This document shows, one piece after another, positions 29,019 through 38,196 of a stretch of 64,000 bases of DNA. The position numbers and the translations under genes were made by a program. Origin of the DNA: Sphingobacteriales bacterium. Lineage in GTDB: Bacteria; Bacteroidota; Bacteroidia; Sphingobacteriales; Sphingobacteriaceae. The stretch covers positions 23,502-87,501 of the forward strand of contig JANXOD010000041.1 in assembly GCA_025353765.1 (NCBI GenBank). The letters are read 5' to 3'. Position 1 is the stretch's first letter. Each line of letters opens with the position of its first letter. The notes below the pieces were generated by a model that saw nothing but the letters and a program-made list of their open reading frames with translations, made no database searches and was not told the DNA's origin.

Positions 29019-29803
29019 TAGAATTTTTAAAAGAAAGTACATTTGCGGTAAAGGATGTTTTAAATATATCATCCAGTATACTTAAGAGACATTACTTTTC
29101 TATACTAGGCCTTTGTCTATCTATGTTTTTAATATCATTCTTATCGGGTTTAATGGCCAATTTTCTTAACCAATTCAACTTTTTCCTTAGTTTATTAATG
29201 GCTGTATTTTTTTTGTTGCTTTATTTCGGGCTTCAACTTACCTTATTTAAATTCACCTTTAGAGTATTGGATTATAAGGATGAAAATATTGGGATTAAAG
29301 TAGCTATACCCACAATTAAAGAAGTAACTTATTTTTTTACTGGTACACTTTATTTTGTTTTGTGTATTCTATCAATTTATATGTTGGTTTCTATTTTGTT
29401 ATTGCCTTTGATATATATGCATATAAATTCTCATAAGGTGGCTCAGATAGCTGTTTTTATAGGAACTATTATCGCTATGATTATCTGGATAAGAATATCA
29501 TTTTTCCCATTTTTTATTATTGATCGCCATTTAGAACCAAATAAAGCATTGCGATTAAGTTTAGCCATAACCAGAGGTAATTTTACCCGTATTCTGTTGC
29601 TTCTTGGTTTTTTTGCCTTATTCAACCTTATTTATTTGTATTTTAATTATAAAGAATATTACATGTTATCCGGTATGGCAACACTTGCAAATTCATTTCT
29701 GATCGCACCCTTATCCGCAGTATCTTTAGTTGTAGCTTATCGAAAAATGATGGTAGAATACAAAGGAGAGGAAGATCCCGATATTATTCACCATATAATT
29801 TAA
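29015..29803 (+). CDS. polytopic membrane protein, hypothetical
   Basis: ATGA start/stop overlap with the upstream GT2 gene. About 6 TM helices. Confidence 0.5.
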   Translation: MIEFLKESTFAVKDVLNISSSILKRHYFSILGLCLSMFLISFLSGLMANFLNQFNFFLSLLMAVFFLLLYFGLQLTLFKFTFRVLDYKDENIGIKVAIPTIKEVTYFFTGTLYFVLCILSIYMLVSILLLPLIYMHINSHKVAQIAVFIGTIIAMIIWIRISFFPFFIIDRHLEPNKALRLSLAITRGNFTRILLLLGFFALFNLIYLYFNYKEYYMLSGMATLANSFLIAPLSAVSLVVAYRKMMVEYKGEEDPDIIHHII

Positions 29804-29814
29804 CCTGTTACATC

Positions 29815-31317
29815 ATGGGAATAAAAGCTGCTTTAAGTAAGCCTTTTGCTGCCTTTGTAGTAAGGCAAATCCGTAAGTGGAAGAATAATGCAATAATAGT
29901 CCAAGAAAAAACTTTTCAAAAATTAATAAATAACGCAAAAAATACTGCTTTTGGAGAAGATCATCATTTTAATAAGATCACGTCCTACAATGATTTTAAG
30001 AGAAGTGTTCCAGTTGTAGATTATGAAGATCTTCGACCATATATAGAAAGGATGGTTCATGGCGAAGAAAATGTATTGTGGCCAGGCAAACCCGTGTATT
30101 TTGCTAAAACATCGGGTACAACCTCAGGTGTTAAATATATCCCTATATCGAAAGAATCCATGCCAGAGCATATCAAAGCAGCTCGAAATGCTTTATTATG
30201 CTATATTAATGAAACTGGTAAAGCCGATTTTGTGAATGGTAAAATGATTTTTTTACAAGGCAGTCCTGTGCTTGAAGTGAAAGCCGGAATTTCAATCGGA
30301 AGATTATCTGGCATTGTAGCTCATCACGTTCCGGCTTATTTACAGAAAAACCGGATGCCATCCTACCAAACCAATTGTATGGAAAATTGGGAGCAAAAAA
30401 TAGACGCCATTGTGGATGAAACAATTCATTCGGACATGCGCCTGATATCAGGAATTCCGCCTTGGGTTCAAATGTATTTCGACAGGTTATCCACGAAAGC
30501 TGATGGAAAAAAGATTAAGGAAATTTTCAAAAATTTTAGTCTTTTTGTATATGGTGGTGTAAATTTCGAGCCTTATCGTGCTAAACTCGAAGAAAGCATT
30601 GGGAGAAAAATAGATGCTATTGAAACTTATCCTGCATCCGAAGGGTTTATCGCTTTTCAAGATTCACAACACGAAAAAGGCTTATTGTTATTGGTAAATT
30701 CAGGTATTTTTTATGAGTTTATTCCAACCGATAAATATTATAATGAAAACCCAACACGAATTGCTTTACAGGATGTTGAACTAAATAAGAACTATGCCTT
30801 AATTTTAAATACAAACGCCGGATTATGGGGATACAGCATTGGTGATACTATCAAATTTGTTACTAAAGATCCGTACAGAATAATAGTAACCGGAAGAATT
30901 AAACACTATATTTCGGCTTTTGGTGAGCATGTGATTGGAGAAGAAGTGGAACATGCGCTTTTATCTATAGCGAAACAGGAAGGAGTGGAGATTACAGAAT
31001 TTACCGTAGCACCTCAAGTTAATCCGGAAAATGGGGGTTTACCATATCACGAATGGTTTGTAGAATTTGCAAAACCCCCTGTTAATCTTAATGCGTTTAG
31101 ATTAAAAGTGGATGAGACTCTTCAGAAAAAGAATGTTTATTATCTTGATTTAATAGCAGGTAAAATATTACAACCCCTTGTAATGCATTCTTTAAAAAAA
31201 GATGCGTTTATAAGTTACATGAGGTCACAAGGTAAATTAGGCGGGCAAAATAAAGTCCCCAGACTTTCTAACGATAGGAAGATCGCAGGGGAATTAGAAC
31301 AATATATTCAAAACTAA
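29815..31317 (+). CDS. GH3 family (acyl-adenylate forming) protein
   Basis: FAKTSGTTSGVKYIP and YPASEGF blocks. The 500-aa length is typical of the bacterial GH3 auxin-responsive-promoter family. Confidence 0.7.
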   Translation: MGIKAALSKPFAAFVVRQIRKWKNNAIIVQEKTFQKLINNAKNTAFGEDHHFNKITSYNDFKRSVPVVDYEDLRPYIERMVHGEENVLWPGKPVYFAKTSGTTSGVKYIPISKESMPEHIKAARNALLCYINETGKADFVNGKMIFLQGSPVLEVKAGISIGRLSGIVAHHVPAYLQKNRMPSYQTNCMENWEQKIDAIVDETIHSDMRLISGIPPWVQMYFDRLSTKADGKKIKEIFKNFSLFVYGGVNFEPYRAKLEESIGRKIDAIETYPASEGFIAFQDSQHEKGLLLLVNSGIFYEFIPTDKYYNENPTRIALQDVELNKNYALILNTNAGLWGYSIGDTIKFVTKDPYRIIVTGRIKHYISAFGEHVIGEEVEHALLSIAKQEGVEITEFTVAPQVNPENGGLPYHEWFVEFAKPPVNLNAFRLKVDETLQKKNVYYLDLIAGKILQPLVMHSLKKDAFISYMRSQGKLGGQNKVPRLSNDRKIAGELEQYIQN

Positions 31318-31318
31318 A

Positions 31319-32497
31319 TTGGGAAGTAGCCATAATTTGAAACAAAAAGTAATTGCCATATTAGGTTCTACAGGAAGCATCGGTACACAGGCTTTAGAAG
31401 TAATCCGTCAAAATGCGGAGCAATTTAGGGTTTGTATTTTAACGGCACAATCCAACTCTAAATTACTGATACAACAGGCATTAGAATTTAAACCGGCTTA
31501 TGTAGTAATTGGTGATGAAACAAAGTGCAGCGAAGTTGAAAATGCTCTGAAATCTTTTAATATAAAGGTTTTATGTGGGATGGATGAGCTGTGTGATGTA
31601 GTTACAGATCCAAATATTGACATCGTTCTTACCGCTTTAGTTGGTTTTGCTGGTTTAAAACCTACTATTGCAGCTATTAAAGCAGGAAAAGATATTGCTT
31701 TAGCAAACAAAGAAACCCTCGTAGTGGCCGGCGAAATGATTACTCAATTAGCAGAAAATCATAAGGTTAAGATCTTACCGGTAGATTCAGAGCATTCGGC
31801 TATATTTCAATGCCTGGTTGGAGAAGAAAATAATCCGATTGAAAAAATATATTTAACGGCTTCCGGTGGCCCATTTTTAGGTAAAGGTGGAGACTTTTTG
31901 GCATCAGTAACAAAAACCGAAGCACTAAAGCATCCAAACTGGATAATGGGTGCAAAAATTACTATTGATTCTGCATCCTTGATGAACAAAGGTCTTGAAG
32001 TTATTGAAGCGAAATGGCTCTTTAACTTAGAAATATCTCAAATTGATGTTATTGTACATCCACAATCTATTGTACATTCTATCGTTCAATTTCAAGATGG
32101 CTCCATGAAAGCACAATTGGGATTACCTGATATGAAATTGCCTATACAATATGCCTTAGGCTACCCCAATCGTATTAAAAATGAATATCCACGCTTTAAT
32201 TTTTTAAACTATCCTAACCTTACTTTTGAACAAGCCGATAAAAAAACGTTCAGAAATCTGGCTCTTGCATTTGAAGCGCTGGAATCCGGTGGAAATACGC
32301 CATGTGTCATCAATGCTGCCAATGAAGTGGTCGTGGCAGAGTTTTTGAATAATCGGATAGGGTTTTTACAAATGAGCGATGTGATAGAAGATTGTATGAA
32401 TAAAATAACATTTTTACAGAACCCATCACTTGAAGATTATCTGGAAACAGATCGTGAGACCCGAATTTATGCACAGGAATTAGTAACAAATCGTTAA
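31319..32497 (+). CDS. dxr: 1-deoxy-D-xylulose 5-phosphate reductoisomerase
   Basis: GSTGSIG, PVDSEHSAIFQC and LMNKGLEVIEA. No ATG is available, so the start is TTG 31319 or TTG 31337. Confidence 0.95.
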   Translation: MGSSHNLKQKVIAILGSTGSIGTQALEVIRQNAEQFRVCILTAQSNSKLLIQQALEFKPAYVVIGDETKCSEVENALKSFNIKVLCGMDELCDVVTDPNIDIVLTALVGFAGLKPTIAAIKAGKDIALANKETLVVAGEMITQLAENHKVKILPVDSEHSAIFQCLVGEENNPIEKIYLTASGGPFLGKGGDFLASVTKTEALKHPNWIMGAKITIDSASLMNKGLEVIEAKWLFNLEISQIDVIVHPQSIVHSIVQFQDGSMKAQLGLPDMKLPIQYALGYPNRIKNEYPRFNFLNYPNLTFEQADKKTFRNLALAFEALESGGNTPCVINAANEVVVAEFLNNRIGFLQMSDVIEDCMNKITFLQNPSLEDYLETDRETRIYAQELVTNR

Positions 32498-32530
32498 TAT
32501 TAACATCTAATTAAAACATAAAAAATACAT

Positions 32531-33853
32531 ATGGACGGATTAATAATGGGAGGGCAACTCCTTCTTGGACTATCAATTTTAATCATTTTACATGAAGGAG
32601 GACACTTTTTAGCTGCCCAGGCTTTTGGTATTAAAGTAGAAAAATTCTATTTGTTTTTTGATGCATGGGGATTTAAACTTTTTAGTTTCAATTATAAAGG
32701 ATGTGAATATGGCATTGGATGGCTTCCCTTAGGAGGCTATGTAAAAATTGCCGGAATGATTGATGAATCTATGGATACAGATCAATTAACTGGTCCGCCA
32801 CAACCTTGGGAATTTCGTTCTAAGCCAGCTTGGCAACGACTAATTGTCATGCTTGGGGGTGTTACAGTAAATATTGTCTTAGGTATTTTCATTTTCTGGA
32901 TGCTTACTTTAAAATTTGGTGAAACATATACTCCAAATGAAAAATTGGTAAACGGCATTGCACCAGGAATAATTGGCAAAGGAATTGGCTTGCAAACGGG
33001 GGATAAAGTAGTTGCTGTTAATGGTAAGAATGTGGAACGCTTTGAAGAATTGATGAGTTCTAAAGTACTATTAGGTAACACAGAGTTAACGGTGATGCGT
33101 AATGGCGAAATAAAATTCATTAAAGTACCCGGAGATATTTTGGAAAAAGTATCTGATTACGGAATTTCAGAATTTGTAACTCCACGTGCACAATTCTCTA
33201 TTAAAGAAGTAGTAAAAAATAGTAATGCTGATAAAGCCGGCATTAAAGCGGGTGACAGAATTACAAATATAAATGGTAAACCAATCCAATTTTACGATGA
33301 ATTTCAAGATGAAGTTCAGGCAAATAAAAATAAAGCAGTTGTTTTGACTGTTTTTCGCAAGACAGATTCACTTAAATTAAATACGACCATTGCTGCAGAC
33401 GGAACCATTGGCATATATGCTGCTAAAGAAAATATTCCTGAAGAAAAGGTAAAATATGGGTTTATTCAATCTTTACCTATAGGTGCATCCAAAGCATGGG
33501 GTTCATTTACGGATAATGCAAAGGGTTTAGGTAAAGTAATTACAGGTCAGGTTAAGGCAAATAAAGCATTTACCGGGCCGATTGGTATCGCAACCATGTT
33601 CGGTAAAACTGTGAACTGGGTTAAATTCTGGAGTTTAGTGGGTTTACTTTCCATGGCTCTGGCTTTGATGAATTTATTACCTATTCCTGCTTTAGATGGT
33701 GGTCATGCTATGTTTCTTTTAATTGAAATGGTTAAAGGAAAACCATTGAGTGACAAATTTATGGAACGTGCCCAAATGGTAGGATTTGTGATTTTAATTA
33801 CGTTAATGGTTTTTGTGTTTGGTAACGATATTATTAAACATGTGATTCATTAA
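32531..33853 (+). CDS. rseP: RIP metalloprotease RseP (site-2 protease)
   Basis: HEGGH zinc motif, PDZ region and LNLLPIPALDGG. Confidence 0.9.
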   Translation: MDGLIMGGQLLLGLSILIILHEGGHFLAAQAFGIKVEKFYLFFDAWGFKLFSFNYKGCEYGIGWLPLGGYVKIAGMIDESMDTDQLTGPPQPWEFRSKPAWQRLIVMLGGVTVNIVLGIFIFWMLTLKFGETYTPNEKLVNGIAPGIIGKGIGLQTGDKVVAVNGKNVERFEELMSSKVLLGNTELTVMRNGEIKFIKVPGDILEKVSDYGISEFVTPRAQFSIKEVVKNSNADKAGIKAGDRITNINGKPIQFYDEFQDEVQANKNKAVVLTVFRKTDSLKLNTTIAADGTIGIYAAKENIPEEKVKYGFIQSLPIGASKAWGSFTDNAKGLGKVITGQVKANKAFTGPIGIATMFGKTVNWVKFWSLVGLLSMALALMNLLPIPALDGGHAMFLLIEMVKGKPLSDKFMERAQMVGFVILITLMVFVFGNDIIKHVIH

Positions 33854-33886
33854 AAACATCTGTAAGCTGTTTCCTGTAGTCTAACT

Positions 33887-34417
33887 ATGAATTATTTTGA
33901 TCTGTATCAATTGCCTGTAAGTTTCCATGTAGATGAGACACAGGTAAAAAAAAAGTTCTATGATCTTAGTAAACGCTATCATCCAGATTTTTACGTAAAT
34001 GAATCAGTGGAAAAGCAACAGGAAATCCTTGAATTATCAACTTTAAACAATAAAGCATACCAGATATTATCAAATCCTTTAAAGCGAATTGAATACATTT
34101 TAAGTTTAAAAAATCTCATAGCAGAAGGCGATAAATATCAACTGCCACAAGATTTTTTGATGGAGATGATGGATGTGAATGAAGCTTTAATGGAACAGGA
34201 AGTTGAACCGAATGCTTCAACTTTAATTCATATTACACAACAAGTAGATGAAATAGAAAAGAATTTATTTGATGAATTAAAACATCATACTGATACTTTT
34301 GATAATCAACCAGAACAGGATAAAGAATACATTTTATTAAAAATTAAAGATATCTGGTATCGCCAAAAATATTTGTTGCGAATTAGGGATAGTTTGAATA
34401 AGTTTGCAACCCGTTAA
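33887..34417 (+). CDS. HscB-like J-domain co-chaperone
   Basis: N-terminal J domain NYFDLYQLP...YHPDFY followed by a helical C-terminal domain. Confidence 0.65.
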   Translation: MNYFDLYQLPVSFHVDETQVKKKFYDLSKRYHPDFYVNESVEKQQEILELSTLNNKAYQILSNPLKRIEYILSLKNLIAEGDKYQLPQDFLMEMMDVNEALMEQEVEPNASTLIHITQQVDEIEKNLFDELKHHTDTFDNQPEQDKEYILLKIKDIWYRQKYLLRIRDSLNKFATR

Positions 34418-34423
34418 CATAAT

Positions 34424-34503
34424 GCCCAGCTGGCGGAACTGGTAGACGCGTCGGTCTCAAACACCGATGGGCAACCGTGCCGGTTCGATTCCGGCGCTGG
34501 GTA
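34424..34503 (+). tRNA. tRNA-Leu (anticodon CAA)
   Basis: Acceptor GCCCAGC/GCTGGGT, anticodon arm TCGGT-CTCAAAC-ACCGA, long variable arm, and T loop GGTTCGATTCC. Confidence 0.85.
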
Positions 34504-34506
34504 CTG

Positions 34507-34545
34507 ATCCCTCTTTACGTAATGTAGAGGGGGATTTTGATTTTT
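34507..34545 (+). terminator. rho-independent terminator
   Basis: Stem ccctct pairs with agaggg, followed by a T-rich tail after the tRNA. Confidence 0.5.
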
Positions 34546-34708
34546 AAGAATCTCTAATATTCTTCTGTAGCATTTTTTTAGCTTAATTATTAATCAAATT
34601 TAGGTTAATATCTAATTTAAATTGTACAGCAACTGTGACATTTTGAAAATGTCAGCGAATAATTAAGAGAATTTAAAAATTAACTTTAGTTATAGTATAT
34701 GCATAATA

Positions 34709-35212
34709 ATGAATACGCTTAAACAAGAAGAACTATTTCTATCAGTAATTGAAAAGAACAAGGGAATTATTTATAAGATAGCTCTTTCTTTCAAAAAAGA
34801 CGAAGAAGATAAAAAGGACTTGGTGCAGGAGATCATTCTTCAATTGTGGCGTTCTTTGTCGAGTTATGACGAACGAAGTAAACTTTCTACATGGATGTAT
34901 CGTGTTGCACTAAATGTAGCCATCACCTCATACCGTAAGGAAAAAAGAAAAAATGAAATGATTGCGCCTATGTCAGAAAGTATCATAGCGTTTATAGATA
35001 ATGATGATCCAAATGAAAATAACTTACATCTTTTACAACAATTCATCAGTGAATTGAAAGAACTGGATAGGGCTTTGATATTGCTTTATCTCGAAGAAAA
35101 AAATGGGAAAGAGATGGCCGAAATATTGGGTTTATCTGAAACAAACATCAGAACTAAAATAAGTAGGATAAAGGAGCAATTAAAACAAAGATTCTCAAAA
35201 GTTAATAATTAA
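34709..35212 (+). CDS. ECF-type RNA polymerase sigma-70 factor
   Basis: Region 2 (DLVQEIILQLWRS...STWMYRVALN) and a region 4 HTH (EMAEILGLSETNIRTKISR). Confidence 0.85.
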   Translation: MNTLKQEELFLSVIEKNKGIIYKIALSFKKDEEDKKDLVQEIILQLWRSLSSYDERSKLSTWMYRVALNVAITSYRKEKRKNEMIAPMSESIIAFIDNDDPNENNLHLLQQFISELKELDRALILLYLEEKNGKEMAEILGLSETNIRTKISRIKEQLKQRFSKVNN

Positions 35213-35216
35213 AGAA

Positions 35217-35867
35217 ATGGAAGAATTAGATATTAAACAACTGTGGTATGCGTATAATATTAAGCTAGAAAAATCTCTCCAGCTTAATCATAAAATAATT
35301 AAAGAAATGCAAACCCAAAAAGCCGAAGACAAAATTAGTTCTTTTCGCAGAAACCAGGTTTTTGGTGTAGTAGTTGGTATACTGTGGATATTATTTTTGA
35401 TATTTTTAGTATTACAAACTTTAAATAATATTTACTTTGTTACCTCGGTAGGGCTTATTGCTCTATTCAATATTTTTGCTGTTGCTGCCTACATCAGGCA
35501 CCTTGTAATGCTTAATCAGATAAATATTACAGATAATATAACTATGGCGCAACAAAAACTGGCAGTCATACAAACCTCATTGAATAATGTAGGTAGGATA
35601 TTGGTATTGCAAGCTCCGCTTTATTGTACCTTTTGGTATAGCAAACAACTAGTTGCTCATGCAGGTGCTACCTTTTGGCTCATTAATCTTACAATAGTTA
35701 CTTTTTTTGTTGTGGTATCTGTTTACCTGTTCAGAACCTTAACCTATAAAAATATACACAAAAAATGGGTGAAAGCATTCATAGAAAGTTTTGGTGGAAA
35801 AAAAATAATCAAGGCAATGGAATTTTTGAATGAGATAGAGGATTATAAAATAGAAAGTTCAAATTAA
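35217..35867 (+). CDS. membrane protein, possible cognate anti-sigma partner
   Basis: Starts 4 nt after the sigma gene stop and has four TM helices. No anti-sigma zinc motif is seen. Confidence 0.4.
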   Translation: MEELDIKQLWYAYNIKLEKSLQLNHKIIKEMQTQKAEDKISSFRRNQVFGVVVGILWILFLIFLVLQTLNNIYFVTSVGLIALFNIFAVAAYIRHLVMLNQINITDNITMAQQKLAVIQTSLNNVGRILVLQAPLYCTFWYSKQLVAHAGATFWLINLTIVTFFVVVSVYLFRTLTYKNIHKKWVKAFIESFGGKKIIKAMEFLNEIEDYKIESSN

Positions 35868-35928
35868 TTCATGAGGCATTAATAGTCACGATCTATTTAA
35901 GATATTCTTCTCATTATTTAATTTGCGA

Positions 35929-35968
35929 CCGGAGAAAGTTCGAATTTCGTTCTTACTCCGGTTTTTTG
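35929..35968 (+). terminator. rho-independent terminator
   Basis: Stem accggag pairs with ctccggt, followed by T6. Confidence 0.6.
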
Positions 35969-36020
35969 TGCTCTAAAATTGTCAAACTATTTGTAAGAGT
36001 AAACTCAAATTCAGTAAACC

Positions 36021-36620
36021 TTACTTCACACTTCCCATCCTCGACAAGTACTTATAATACCAAGGATCTTTTAAATTGCTTATGATTACTCCTTTACTGC
36101 TGGAAGCATGAACAAATTTATCATTTTGAAGATAAATACCTACATGGCTAAATTTTTTGCCCTCCAGATCGAAAAATACTAGGTCTCCTTCTTCCAAATC
36201 TTTTTCATCTTTTCGTTTTATCTGATTAGCCATTTGACTGGCGGTACGGGGAAGAGTTTTATTATAAATTTCCTGTTCTAATACAGTTGTAAACCCGGAG
36301 CAATCTACTCCGCTTTTGCTCATCCCACCTAAGCGATGAGGAACACCTATCCAATCATTTATAAAAGAATATAATTTTTCGTTTTTTATCTGTCGTTCAG
36401 GAACTTTTAATACTTCAGCATAATGTTCTTTTACATTTCCTTTACTTACTTTATGTAGTGTTTTGGAAGAATTAGTAATAATATTTTTTTTACTCTTACA
36501 GGATGTAAGAGTAAAGTTTATTAATAGAAATGCCAGAACCAAAAATAATTTATAATACTTTTTTATCATATAAGGCAAGTTATTACATAAAAGATGAAGC
36601 TTAAAAAGTAAGTTATACAC
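36021..36620 (-). CDS. NlpC/P60 (C40) lipoprotein
   Basis: Lipobox LTSC, catalytic DCSGFT, and His in SHVGIY. The likely start is ATG 36569. Confidence 0.8.
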   Translation of the reverse strand: MYNLLFKLHLLCNNLPYMIKKYYKLFLVLAFLLINFTLTSCKSKKNIITNSSKTLHKVSKGNVKEHYAEVLKVPERQIKNEKLYSFINDWIGVPHRLGGMSKSGVDCSGFTTVLEQEIYNKTLPRTASQMANQIKRKDEKDLEEGDLVFFDLEGKKFSHVGIYLQNDKFVHASSSKGVIISNLKDPWYYKYLSRMGSVK

Positions 36621-36788
36621 ATTTGTTAAATGAGTTAAAGAGAGAGATGTTTATTTTGCAGTATTGCAATAGTATTCGCCTAAATAAATTACTTGCTTTT
36701 TGTAGATTTGAATTTTAATTTATATATGAAACAAGCATGAATAAATTGCTCATGCAAGCTTCATCGCTATTTAAAACAATTTAAACAG

Positions 36789-37169
36789 ATGAAAAATTTC
36801 AAAAGCTATTACACCATATCAGCTCCGCCGGAAGATGTTTACTTGGCATTAACCAATCCGCTTACTCTTCTTTTGTGGACCGGCTCAGAAGCTGTAATGA
36901 GTACTGAGGTTGGCTCTGAATTTTCTCTTTGGGATGATAGTATTGTAGGGAAAAATATAGAATTTATTGAAAATAAGAAGATCGTTCAGCAATGGTATTT
37001 TGGCGATCAACCGGAAGAATCCATCGTAACTTTTATTCTTCATCCTGATAAACAGGGAACTTCTATAGAATTACGGCATACGAATATTCCTGATTCAGAT
37101 TTTGAGGATATGATAGACGGATGGAATATTAATTACTTTGGATCGTTACAAGAGTTTTATGATAATTAA
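36789..37169 (+). CDS. SRPBCC / Aha1-domain protein
   Basis: 126-aa START-like fold pattern (VYLALTNP...W...F...V..W). Confidence 0.6.
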   Translation: MKNFKSYYTISAPPEDVYLALTNPLTLLLWTGSEAVMSTEVGSEFSLWDDSIVGKNIEFIENKKIVQQWYFGDQPEESIVTFILHPDKQGTSIELRHTNIPDSDFEDMIDGWNINYFGSLQEFYDN

Positions 37170-37172
37170 GAT

Positions 37173-38192
37173 CTAATAGAAATCATAGCATTTACGTGTA
37201 CTTTCAAATCTTGAATTTTCTCTTCGGCTGGCTATAGTTGTTTGATATCCTAAGCTACCTTCTGAAGTACCACTGGTATTTAAGTAATTAATTTTTGACA
37301 TACTTGAATCATGGCTAAAACCCAAACGCATTGATTCTTGGTTATCTTTATGAATAAAAATATCAAATATCATAGAAACTACAAATGCATCAGGACTATT
37401 CTTCCCATTTGTTCTATACCAAACCCCTGCATTTACTCCGCGTCGCTTAAATTGTAATCCGGCACTTAGAGATTGTGCCTGTGCTTGTTTATAAAATACA
37501 ACGGACGGAATAAGAAAATTTCTATCTTCGTCCTCATACCGGCTTAGTGGTAACATGTAGCTGCCGTGAATAATAGTGCGTATGGGTAATTCAGCTTTAT
37601 TACCTGTAAAAGATTCATTTGGTTTGTTTAAATGTGCAAATGATGCCCCAATCATGAAATTATTTAAAATGATATTAGTACCAGCACCTGCATCAAAATA
37701 ATATTTATTATCAACTTGGGGAATGTCAGCAGAAGTGGAATTGCCCGGCGTATAGCCTATTCCAGGATCAAGCTGATCTGAGAAAACAAGCTTATTGTAA
37801 TCTATTGTTCTGTTAGACATTCCCCCCTGAAGTCCAAAAGATATTGTCAAATTTTCAGAACCAACACTATAGGAGTAAATACCGGAAATATTATTTTTAG
37901 TTAGAAAGGCAGTTCCTTCATTAGAATGTGTAAACATCAGTCCAAAACCGCCTCCAAACTTTGGAACATTGTAATCTATAGATGCTGTCATGTATGCTAG
38001 TTTGCCTACTAGAGAAGACCATTGGTTACGGTAAATCATATTGACTCTTATATCTCCTTTAAACTGACCATTTAATGCCGGGTTAAGATAAACAGGCGAA
38101 TTAAAAAATTGTGAATAAATATGATCCTGAGCCTGTATTGTATTAATCAGAGTGATTAAAAACGTCAAAATGATGATTAGATTCCTTTTCAT
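37173..38192 (-). CDS. PorP/SprF family T9SS outer-membrane protein
   Basis: Signal peptide, then QDHIYSQFFNSPVYLNPALNG, the hallmark PorP/SprF N-terminus. Beta-barrel-like alternating sequence follows. Confidence 0.8.
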   Translation of the reverse strand: MKRNLIIILTFLITLINTIQAQDHIYSQFFNSPVYLNPALNGQFKGDIRVNMIYRNQWSSLVGKLAYMTASIDYNVPKFGGGFGLMFTHSNEGTAFLTKNNISGIYSYSVGSENLTISFGLQGGMSNRTIDYNKLVFSDQLDPGIGYTPGNSTSADIPQVDNKYYFDAGAGTNIILNNFMIGASFAHLNKPNESFTGNKAELPIRTIIHGSYMLPLSRYEDEDRNFLIPSVVFYKQAQAQSLSAGLQFKRRGVNAGVWYRTNGKNSPDAFVVSMIFDIFIHKDNQESMRLGFSHDSSMSKINYLNTSGTSEGSLGYQTTIASRRENSRFESTRKCYDFY

Positions 38193-38196
38193 GGGA